A stretch of DNA of 41,385 nt, taken from NCBI GenBank assembly GCA_002633005.1, contig NMRA01001195.1, positions 1 to 41,385 on the forward strand. Reading direction: 5' to 3'. Positions 1 through 11,200 of this stretch are shown one piece after another. The DNA is from Phoronis australis (lineage: Eukaryota > Animalia > Phoronida). Under the pieces are notes generated by a model. The model had not been told where the DNA came from. It did not search any database and saw only the letters and a program-made list of their open reading frames with translations. The position numbers were made by a program, and so were the translations under genes. Positions within the stretch are counted from its first letter, which is position 1; every line of letters begins with the position of its first letter.

Positions 1-102
1 ATGCTGACACTCGTTAAGAGTGGGTATTTATCATGCTGACACTCGTTAAGAGTGGGTATTTATCATGCTGACACTCATTAAGAGTGGGTATTTATCATGC
101 TG
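1..102 (+). repeat. 32-bp minisatellite, about 3 copies
   Basis: ATGCTGACACTCGTTAAGAGTGGGTATTTATC. Confidence 0.9.
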
Positions 103-644
103 ATTGTTTAAAGCATGGGTATCCGAAGAGAGTGCACTCTGTGGTTTATGGATGTCTTTCTACAACTGAATTGACGGTTTCTTAATAATGTTTTGTTCCC
201 AGCATTCATTGGAGAATGTTGCTTTTGGCTCATGAAATCACAGCCTGTGAATTTCTGAATTAACTGATTGAATTGAGTATCCAGGAATAAAAATTAGTCC
301 AAGCCCAGAAAAATCACTTGTAATCTAGTATGTCGATAACTTTTGTAACTTTCACCAATGAAACCTGGGTAAGTGTGATAGTGTCCTGCTTTACTTGATA
401 TTTAATTGCAAAGTTGAATAACCCTTGCCCAGTTAGCTTAATGACTATTGGTGGGTAGGGTTGTACATCAGGCTTGTGGACCAATCTTGGATAGGTTTGT
501 TTGGCCAGTACCCTGTTTCATCTGACTGAGACAGACTCTCTCTTAACTAAAACGCCTAATCTAATTTTGCCTTCAGTAAATTTTTAAGGTCACAAGTTGC
601 CTGACTTGAACTCTAACCTGATGACCTATTTTCTTGTGCAATAG

Positions 645-3153
645 AATCTGGTGTGGTGTACATCCTGGGCAGTAACAAACACGGACAGTTGGGCCCTGGT
701 GGCAGTGGTCTGACTTTGTCATGTTATGTTGTTGAAGTTCCACTTGCAAGTTTTGGTGGGAAACCTGTCAGGTGCTTATCGTCTGGTTGGGACTTTATAG
801 TAGCAAGCACTGGTAAGTTTACTGAAATGCACCTCATGACTGTTGTGAAACAGTTGAACTAAAGATGGCGCCACAGGACCTGTGGAGCTGTTTCATTAAA
901 CATCGTGTTAGCCTCGTCCCCAAGCCTCATGATGGCAGTGATCAGTTTAGTCATATCAGGCTTGGTGAGGAGATATCCCTTCTGCATGCTGATTGGCCGT
1001 AGACGACGTTCATCGCTGACAAGATAGACACAAAAAGCCTTCAAACACTTGAATTTCTGATGAATACTTAAATACCAGTTTGTGGAGATTCTTGTCCTTA
1101 CTTCTGTGATGTGATAAACTAAACAAGATCCAAATGCAAATTTTAACTATTTTCACAGGTGTTGTTGCTTCCATTCATGATTCTGAATTAGAAGACACTG
1201 TTTTTATTATTGTTTGTAATAATAGGTGTTTGCATTCTTATTGTCAATTCCATTTTATTGAAAGCACCATATAAATTATCCTGCTTTTGAATTCAATTAC
1301 ATCAGATTTCCAATGATTTCAACCTAAATTGCTGCGCAAATACCACTGATTTTGACTTTTATTGTACTACTGCAAATTTAAGAGGTCTTGATATAACTTA
1401 ACATCACTTGTCATATTCTGGCAGTTTCCATAAAAAACATGTCAGAATTCTGCCAAGTAAATTTCTCCTCACCAAACCAATCAGTGGCATCTTCAGGCTT
1501 GGGGTCTAGGCTGGCCACATGATTGTCTTGAAGCAGTTTGACTAAACTTTAGTTGTTCCACAAGACTTGTGAAGCAGTTTGACTAAAGGTGGCACCTCAA
1601 GACTTGTGAAGCAGTTTGACTGAAAATGTCAGATACATAAGGGGCAGCACATCTAAGTGGTAACACCTACTGAAGATATACATTTGAACTCAGTTGCTTG
1701 TTTGCACTCATGAAAATGTTAGATTCTACTCAGTTGCTTGTTTGCACTCATTAAAATGTTAGATTCTACTCAGTTGCTTGTTTGCATTCATTAAAATGTT
1801 AGATTCTACTCAGTTGCTTGTTTGCACTCATTAAAATGTTAGATTCCACTCTTGCTTTGTAGTAAAATACTTCCAAGGGGCAAAGAATCTGTTTTTGCAG
1901 AAAATGGGATGGTTTACAAAATGAGCTTTAGTATTCACATCCAATTGATTAGTAGAAAGTGGGATGGTTTACAAAATGAGGTTTAGATTCAATTGATTAG
2001 TTGACCCATCTATCCTGTTCTTCGTCTGGTGCGGTCATTGAATGCTGTAAAACAACACATTGTTCACTTCTTTTATGAAATACAAAGGGTTAGGTGCACT
2101 GTCTATGTATGACTAAAGTTTTTCTTAAGTTAGTTGAAGAAATGATTGTGACTGCCTTTTTGATGACAATGCAGTAAGGGGTTGAATGCATTAATAAAGC
2201 TTGATTCTTCATTATATTGTTTTGTCAACAGGGAAGTATGTCTATGTTCAGATTTGTTTCCATCACCTCTCATTTTCAGCCAGTGACTGCGGTTATAGTT
2301 GGGGTCGAGGGGATTATGGTCAGCTTGGCCGACCTCTACCTGCTGGGGATGTCTTGTTTGACCGGAACCCAGCGCTCATTGTTTGTGATGCTTTGAAGAA
2401 GATTGCTTGTGGATCTGAACACTGCATTGCAATATCTGGTATGTGAAAATACCTGCTTAATGTTCAACTGTTTAAAGCTTTCAGTTAAGTTTGTTTACTG
2501 TTACCTTACCATCGGTGCACTGAGATGGACAGGTCGATTTCTAAATTATTTTGCTTTGTACTCTTTTTTGGAAATGTTCGCTTTTGTAGTAAATATGTTT
2601 CATTTAATTGAAAAAAGTATCACCAGGCACTGGCTTAGGCGGAAGTATTCAACTCAGGGTGTGGGCTAAACACATGAAATCATTGGCAACCGGTGGGAGA
2701 GTCGTTGTCAGGAAACAGACCCTGCAGTATGTGATCAAAAGGTTTTTAAACTTGTAGCAATATTTATTTTTGTCCAACATAACACCTCATTGAGCTCAAT
2801 GGTATTATATTTATTCTGAAGATGTAATAATCAGCTTGGTAACCTGTGTCCCTCCTTCAGTGTTTCAGTATTTCGATCTGCATTACTGAGGACACAAATA
2901 AACACAATCAATAAATAGAGAAAGCAATCATGTACAAAGACCTGTCCATTCAATAGTGATTTGCTTGTGATTTTCAGGGTCTTCAAACAGTTTCTCTTGG
3001 GGCTGGAATGAACATGGGATGTGTGGGTGTGGTGACCAGGTGAATGTGCCTTCTCCTCGTCCAATGAAAAGCCTGAAAGACTATAAGACAATCCTGATTG
3101 GTTGTGGTGCTGGACACTCATTGGCTGTTTGTGAGACACCTTTATGCAGGTGA
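645..3153 (+). CDS. SERGEF: RCC1-repeat secretion-regulating guanine nucleotide exchange factor-like gene, 3' part (exons 645-812, 2280-2438, 2978-3153)
   Basis: Phase-1 GT-AG joins give ..GSNKHGQLG..SGWDF.. / ..SWGRGDYGQLGR..IACGSEHCIAI / ..SWGWNEHGMCG..IGCGAGHSLAVC..*, matching the last RCC1 repeats of SERGEF as I recall them. TGA at 3151-3153; the 5' exons lie outside the window. Confidence 0.85.
1688..1851 (+). repeat. 40-bp minisatellite, 4 copies
   Basis: ACTCAGTTGCTTGTTTGCACTCATTAAAATGTTAGATTCT. Confidence 0.9.
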
Positions 3154-3959
3154 TCTATCCTCATCCAGGGAAAAACCTGGATGAGATGACTGCAGCAAAG
3201 TCCTAATTGGTTGTGGCACTGGACACTGATGTTTATGAGATATCTATATGTAGGTGATATGTGGCCTTTAAGGATAGAGTGTAATCCAGATTGGTTGTGA
3301 TGATGGAGGTTGAATGGTCAAGGCAGTAATGTTGTATTATTGTGATGAACATTTTTCTCGGAGTGCACAGCAATTTTGGTTTAATCCTATTCCTCTTTAT
3401 CAGTAGCTAGGTGGCAGCACAAGTCCCTATACACTATAGTTCTCCCATGTTAGAAATATACTCATAAGAGATTCTTAGGTAAAGCATCTTACATTAGTTT
3501 GTAAAACTAATTTTAGGGAGATTTATGGACATCCACAAATGTCCACGTTTTTGCAAACATTACTTTTCTATGCATATAGTAAAAAATGTTGTTTTTACAG
3601 TTCATTATAATGCCAAAGAAGCATAGTAGGCTCTGGTTTGTGGTTTTTTGAAAATAGAGTCAGTGGTGTGGTGATATGAACAATAATGATGTGGAACGAA
3701 CAGTATTGGTGTTGTGCACAGCCTGGACAGCGGACTGTCACACACCGTTATAAACTCCATGATTAGTTTTTCTGAAAGCACTTTGTTAATTATCATTGTG
3801 AAGCAACTAAACAGTACGTTTCATTTTTGTTTGATTTTACTTTATTTCTGTTTTTGTTGATAAAGGAAGTTGTTACCTCCGAAAATTTCAAATTTCAGTT
3901 GATCCATTCTTGTTGTTTTATTTACCGATTTATATTCTTCATAACTAATGAAATGTAAA

Positions 3960-4119
3960 TCAAATGGTAGAGTTGAGCCACGGCTTAAGTTACCCCATAT
4001 CAACTGGTAGAGTTTAGCCACGGCTCAAGTAGCCCCATATCAACTGGTAGAGTTGAGCCACAGCTAAGTCGCCCCATATCAACTGGTAGAGTTGAGCCAC
4101 GGCTCAAGTCGCCCCATAT
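3960..4119 (+). repeat. 40-bp palindromic minisatellite, 4 copies
   Basis: TCAACTGGTAGAGTTGAGCCACGGCTCAAGTCGCCCCATA. Confidence 0.9.
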
Positions 4120-4479
4120 AAACTGTGTTAACCTTTCTAAAATTTCGATTTTTAACAACAGTTTTAGGAGATTTGGAGAAATTGCAATTGAGGTCAAGAT
4201 ATGAAAAATTATGACATTAGGAGAATTACTCCTTGGCATGGCTTTTTGAGCCATTTATAAATTCACTGTATAGCAGAGCTGGGGGCGGGGTGTGGGAGGT
4301 TGAATACTGTTTTCCTCCTTGTGTTGTTAATGTCTGTTATTGTGTAGAAATAAATTATTAAAAATAGAAATCAGTAGTCATGCTTGCTGCAGTCTTGTCA
4401 TAATATTAGTCCCAGTGAAAATGTTCAGATCTCCCAGTAAATTATATTTGTATATAAATTATTTTATATTAAGCTTATG

Positions 4480-6020
4480 AAGGACCTTATCAAAATGTCT
4501 ATATTTAGCAAAAAAACTTCAAAACTATAGACTTTAACAAAGGAAAAGTTTGCCTGTTGTAAGAGAGATGGCTTGTACAACTTGATTTTGACTTTATGCC
4601 AGACCACATTAATAGGGTCACGTGACCATATGTTTTAGTAAAATTTAGCACAAGAGGAAAGATACATTCGTGGCAAAACAGCGATGTCATAACATGGCCG
4701 AATTTCGTTTCATATAATGTCTTTATAGTTCTCTCAGTTATTTCATTTACGTTTAATGCAATTTTCTTAAATAAAAATTACAAAATTTCTTATGAATCCG
4801 ATCAGCCATTTCTGTGACGTAATGCTCCAAAGTGAGCCATTTTGTGCAAGTCCTAGATATCCTTGAATGTACCAACAAAGGAATTAGAAGTAAATAAAGG
4901 CAGGGCCACATGACTCTCAAAGATCTGGAAACGACTGAGTTTCATTAGGAAAGCGCGTGTAAAAGTCTCAACCATTTTGGGTCACTACCAACGCATCGAA
5001 AATTACAGGTACAAAACCGGTTTTATGACCAAAAAATGATTTTGCGATTTTTCAGTGTCAGTTGCTGACGGTTTCGATGTTCTTTCAAATAACGGAGATA
5101 GAATCCTATGAGGCTAAAGGGTATTATGAGACACATTTTGAAAGTGAAAGGCTCAATTCCATTTTCGTTTTTAGTAGCATACGAAATACAGTTTAAAATA
5201 GTGAGCCATTAATCTCCAGCAGTGTTACAGGACTGTGTCCGCTGATCTCGTGCGATCTAATCCGCACGTTGGGTCTAATCTCAGAGAGCCACTTTTCTGG
5301 CCGATGAAGATCATAAAGAGTTGTGTTAATGTTCGTGTTTAGACGACACTTTATCTTTATGTCGCGCAGCAAGCTGCTTCAACTCCATGCGAACCTTGTG
5401 ATACAGAAAGGTCAGACTCTCAAACAAAGGTCAACACTTCGACCGATTTGAAAAGGCTGACTGATATCCAACTCTTAGATATATCAGGTGAGTTTGTGCG
5501 ACGGTGTTGCTAATAAGGTTATGAAAAATGTCCATATTTGGCAAAGTCAGAAATGCTAGGATTCATACGAAACTTTCGGATACTATGCGTTATGCACTGT
5601 TCTCAAAAGCGTTATTAGGAATTACATGTATATTTAATATCTCATAATTTTGCATGGGAGGCTATTAAAAATTGGATTTTCACGATTGTTATGAAAAAAA
5701 TCCAAGAGTTGCATTAACCGATAACGAAATGGTCAAGCAAAATATTTTAACGGCGTTTTTGAGATTCATTTTGAAAATTTATGAAATTTGGGCACGCTAT
5801 TGATACTGTTCAGCGTCTCTAATGTACTTTTCTTTTCTACTAAATTTTACTTATAAGAAATGGTCACGTGACCCAATCAACTGCATACTGCTAAAAAGAC
5901 CACACTCCAAATTCTGCAGCTTTTCTGGTTTTAGAAAATAAAATTAAGACTTTTACCGTCGAGTTAAAGTATTTGATTTGGTAGATACTGAGCTAAAACT
6001 GACTTGTCGATAAGGGCCCG
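4480..6020. mobile_element. Diverged long inverted repeat (foldback/non-autonomous DNA element)
   Basis: Arms at about 4480-4830 and 5530-6020 pair: CCTTATC/GATAAGG, CTTTAAC/GTTAAAG, GGGTCACGTGACCAT/ATGGTCACGTGACCC, AGTAAAATTTAG/CTAAATTTTACT, TATGAATCC/GGATTCATA. Confidence 0.6.
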
Positions 6021-6409
6021 AGGTCAATGAATGCATACGTAGTCTTGTGGTTATTGTATGTGTGTACACGATGTATCAACATATTTTGATAAATTTGGAT
6101 TTTTAAAAGCTTTCTGCTCTATTTTTTTGGTTTTATCTTCCACTAAAAGGCGATTTGGCAACAATTTGCTTGTATTTTTCTCAAAGTGTTGTTTCAAAAC
6201 GTTTTGCCCGAAGCACTGTTTAAAATCGATGAATGACAGGTAAGCGCAGTATTTCCCAAACCACAATGATCCTTAGGGATAATCAAGCTACGTAACTGTT
6301 GCTGCCTCACAGTTGTGTTCGCCAGTCGCGTGGTGTCAAACACAACTTGCCGAATTTGTTGCGCCGGATTTTGATGTACTGCATGCATGTATGTACAAGG
6401 CAATCCACT

Positions 6410-6502
6410 AGGCGGTCCACGGACCGCGAGCTGCTGTCACAACTTGCAAGGCGGTCCACGGGCCGCGAGCTGTTATCACAGCCTGCAAGGCGGTCCACGG
6501 AC
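6410..6502 (+). repeat. 39-bp minisatellite, about 2.4 copies
   Basis: AGGCGGTCCACGGACCGCGAGCTGCTGTCACAACTTGCA. Confidence 0.85.
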
Positions 6503-6706
6503 AAGTCTGTCTTGGTCCAGTTTGCAGCAAGCAGTATTGCTAGTTTTCAATTCATGACATTGTTACCTAGTTTCAAAACCTCACGACTTCCCTGGACATA
6601 TCACATCCACTTTTCCAGTCGCTTTTCGTAGCTCCTGTCACCTTTCCATTCATAGTTTTTCCAAATATATTATATACAATTATACTTTTGGTTTTACTGT
6701 ATGAAA

Positions 6707-6837
6707 CATAGGCGGCGCACCATAGGGAACTGAGGAGACTATAGCCCCTAATTTTTTTCAGTGCTACCACCCCCATGGTCTATAAGCGGTGCACTTCAGG
6801 GGGCCCCCACTTTTTTCAGTGCTGCGCCGACCATATG
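6707..6837. mobile_element. Small GC-rich MITE (a related copy at about 19788-19872)
   Basis: CATAGGCGGCGC...GCGCCGACCATATG; 19788 CATTGGCGGC...GCCGCCCATG. Confidence 0.5.
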
Positions 6838-8077
6838 AAACTGAAGTGACAACTGCATTTTCGTTGGCTTACTCAGTAGTAGAAAAAATAACTTGCTTTG
6901 GTACCCATTAGTGGTCGTTTACAGGAACTTGCATTCACATTTTTTTCGGCCGTCAGATCTGATCCTGTTCCGATTTTGCTGCCACGCGAGAGCGTTTATT
7001 TTTCCTTCTTTGTCAATTGGGCATTTCCTTGTTTAGTAGGGGGTCATTTTACGTTTTGGACGCAGTCACATAAAGTTGAAATGTCAAAATTAAAAACAAT
7101 AATAATAATAATTAGGCCACATTTATGAAGCGCTGTATATTGTTTCCCCAATCGCATCCCTTCTCAACGGGGACATATAATGGGTGCAAGCATTGTCGGA
7201 GCACACCGATTAATCCTAACACATAATTTTGTAAAAAAAATCAAGTGCTAAATTGCCCAAGTGTTTAGCTAAATCTCAAAAATCCAAGACCTGCAATTAT
7301 TTGACCGTGTAGAATTGCGTTATATTGCTGGCAGATACGTCATCACTTTTTAACATCTATGTATTTTGATTGAAGTCTTTAAAAGGGGCATTAGCCTGAG
7401 TCGGGATGCATACGATCCAAGTATATTTGGTTGTAAACCACGATAAACACAGAAGCTGTTAACGGAAGGTCACAGTGAGACTTTGTGAGTCCAGGCAATG
7501 AACTACCGATAAGCTACGCTCATCCAAACTAGACAGCCAGATTTTTTCGCAAAAATAACAACATTTTATAATTGCAAACTGCCCGTCACATCGAAAACGT
7601 GAAAAAGGTTGTTCCTTTAGTAAAGTTACTGCAGAAAAATGGCAGGATTAATGAAAAAACGTGAAATTTAGCCGAACGACGCTGCCGTCTGATCGTCTGC
7701 CTTCCTATTCCGGGTCTTTACTTATTTCTTTGCAACCGGTCCACCGATTTCCAAAATTTTTATGTTAATCAGTCAACAAAGTAGCTTAGAAGAACGATCA
7801 CGTACGTGGACTTTTCATTTATTTTTTGAGTTAGTTATCAACTATTAAAGTTAGGAGAATGTCTTTTACCCATCACGGCTGTTGCGAATGAATGACGTCT
7901 TAAAGATGTGCCATTGTTTGATGTGAAGCTTATGTTAACGAAAGTAAAGCAGCCCGATACTTTAATTAAACAAGTCTTTAAATTGAGTGTTAGTTAGATG
8001 CTGTCGACCATCACTGACACTGAACTGTGAATTAATGTTGATTATTTCCAACGTGCAGAAGAGCCAAACACAGAAAA

Positions 8078-8219
8078 ATGGTTGTTTCCGACAAAGAGAT
8101 CGATCGTATCATGGGAGAACTGGGTGGTTATTCACGTTGGCAGATGATGGTCTACTTCTCTGTCATGATCCTACTTGTATGTCCTTATGCCTTCACCATG
8201 CTCATCACAGTTTTCATTG
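8078..8219 (+). CDS. SLC22 first coding exon
   Basis: Acceptor tgcag at 8058, ATG at 8078 ([22 protein letters not shown]...VFIG), donor G|gtaagt. Confidence 0.85.
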
Positions 8220-11200
8220 GTAAGTAACTTTTCATGTGACGTCATGCATAGATCTACTAAAAGCTATCACAGACCCACCTTTCTGAAGTAAAACATCATT
8301 GATTTCACCCACTCCTACAAAACTAATCTCATCGTGATAGGAAATAATTGTTTCATGGTCACTGCGACGCATTGATCGTTCGAATGTTTCGAACCGCATT
8401 CCACGCTCCCCTCTTTCAACGAATGACTGGTTGTTGGTGATTCACTTAGTGACACGGAACTTGAAGTAGTACAGTGTTGTGAGGTCTCTGCTCATGATTG
8501 GTTTCTTGGTTTTCTCGAAGATTAAGTTGATAAGCGTGCAGGGGTCCAGTGTTCCTCTTTCGCCAGGACCATACTGTGTAGCACGATACCCCCACAAAGC
8601 GTGACCATACTGTGTAGCACGATACCCCCACAAAGCGTGACCATACTGTGTAGCATGATACCCCCACAGAGCGTGACCATACTGTGTAGCACGATACCCC
8701 CACAAAGCGTGACCAATGCCAAAATCAAACCGGAGACAGTCATGGGGTGGGGTGTGGAAGAAAAGAAGAACGTCACCTATCAAATTCCGTATGACTGTGG
8801 TGGATCCTATATCGGTGGAGCTCGGCATACCATTGGAAACTACTGAGGAATACTGAACACAAGCAATACTGCGGAGCATGTGTGGCCAAAACGACGACAT
8901 CCGGAATAACGGTAAAATATGCTGGTCTCAGTAAATGAAAGGTCAAAGAAGCTATGTGTAAGAAGCTACACGGCAATATCATCAATCAACCTTGCAAGCA
9001 TCTAAGCGGCACGTGACTTACACTCCTTAGGCAACAAAATATATGTAAGTATAACTAAGGGATGGAAGGTGCCAGGTTCAAACCCCGTCGCGTACTAGGA
9101 GAACATAATCCAAGTGTATACCGTGTTAGTATCATACACCGGTGACTTTTCTTCTAAGAACGCTGTAACAAGTGAAGGTGGGTGGACACGTAGCCGACTG
9201 AAACGTCATTCCAACGAATACAAGCTATAAGTTGGTGTAAATACAGAGTTTAGATTTGATGTTGATTAAAGAGTTGCATAACGGCAAGTGGCTTAATTCA
9301 AAAGTTTGATCGAAAGATAATGGCGTAAGACATGGTCTGTAGCCCCAACGTCGGAAAGTATTTTAGAAATATATGGCGTCATTGAAATGTAACTCACCTG
9401 AAACAATTCATGCACACGTCTCCAAAGTGCTACAGGAACTATTCTAAGCTATTTCTTTTTACATAATGCTATGAAGATTGTGACTTCCGTGATGAAATGA
9501 GATGAAGATCGTTACTTCCATGATAAAATGATATGGAGATTGTGACTTCCATGATAAAATGATATGGAGATTGTGACTTCCATGATGAAGGTTGCGAAGT
9601 TGTATTAAATGAAGCAATATAATTTATGAAAAGCGGTTTTTAAGACTTTATTTTTAATTTTAGATTAAAAGATATTTTGATATCGTAATGGATAACATTG
9701 TTTTATTGTGAATGTGGCCCTCTTTCTGTACTACATTTTACTAAAATATACCACCACGCGATTGACTCAATGACAGATTGGCATAAAGACTGGTAGTAAA
9801 TTGTACAAGCTGTCTACTTTACAAAGCCAACTTAAGTTGTATTGGTTTGTATACATATGTCTAAGTGTCTAAGGGATTGGAAGGTCGTTCGCCATCAGAT
9901 GTGTAAATGATTCTTTGTGTACACATGGCTAATCCTAAATGCACAGGATCGAAGGCCACTCGTCACCAGACGTGTAAATGATTCTTTGTATACACAAGGC
10001 AAAGTACAGAGGATGGAAGGCCACTCGCCATCAGACGTGTAAATGATTCCAGATTACACTGTTTGTGAACTTCATTTATTTTTGATAGCATTGCATCTTC
10101 CTCAACCCAGATTATTCATGAAAATATGTCTATTAAAATAAAACAAATTAAGTGAAGAGAGCGAGTTTCAGATGTGTTATATTATTTTTGATATATTTTA
10201 GTTTTCGTAGTTTTGATTTTATTAGCCAATGGCAGTCGCCATTTTGTATTGACGTCAATCCCGCAGCAAATAAATACTGTACTTCCGGTTTCATGTAAAC
10301 TACCTGAACGTGGTTTTATCATCATCCATTTGGTAGCCTTAAAACATGGTGTCAGAAGTGGGATGCTTCGAAATACTAAATGAAAATCACTGAAAACGTT
10401 ACCTTGTCAAGTCCTAAAGTCAAGTCATCACATCAGTCAAGTCGAATTTGTGTCATTACTGTCCGTATCACTGATCGTCAAATCTATAGACTAGCTCGTT
10501 CGTGAACTGTCAATATCTACTACTACTACTGTGTACTGTCAATCATTGTGTGTGTGTGTGTAGCACTACCATTTCGTTCACAATGCCTAAATATCAAGCA
10601 CTGGAAGCATTTGATTTCTCGAAACCATCGTCATGGCTAGACTGGAAAACCAGGTTTATGCGTTACTACATTCTACAGAAAATCAGGGATGAAAAAGGTG
10701 ATGTACAAGTCTCTGCACTTGTGTATACGATGGGTCGTCAAGCCGAACACATCTTCAAGTCATTCAAATTTGAAACACCTGTTCCAACAGAGGAAGTGCC
10801 AAATCCACCAGATCCAAAAGACGATTTCAATACTGTTCTGCAGAAATTCGAGGACTATTTTGTACCACGCAAAAACACTATCCATGAGAGAACGAAATTC
10901 TATCAACGCAGCCAACAGCAAGATGAGTCAGTTGAACGTTTTGTTAGAAGTCTACATGAACTAGCAGCTCATTGTAATTTCTGCGAAAAAGAAGATGAAC
11001 ATATTCGAGACCGTCTTATCTCAGAAATGACCGACATAGAGTTGTCGCGTGATCTTCAAATGGAACAGGAAAACCTGACACTTTCTAAGGCCATAGACAC
11101 AGCTCGATACAAAGAACTTGTCCAGTCTGACCGGAGTGAAGGTGTATCTGTCAGTTTCGTGAAAAGGGGGGGGGGGCAGAAAAAAATCGCCCAAGAAATC

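Noticed and set aside
8567-8715. 36-bp repeats (and the 33- and 37-bp arrays) as CRISPR arrays
   Set aside because: Units are head-to-tail with no unique spacers, there are no cas genes, and the context is a eukaryotic intron.
8442-8900. Overlapping repetitive ORFs in several frames
   Set aside because: They result from a stop-free 36-bp repeat; no domain signal.
11160-11190. Programmed frameshift in gag
   Set aside because: The shift precedes the nucleocapsid knuckles and sits at G and A homopolymers in an element with many other lesions; slippage or a sequencing error is likelier.
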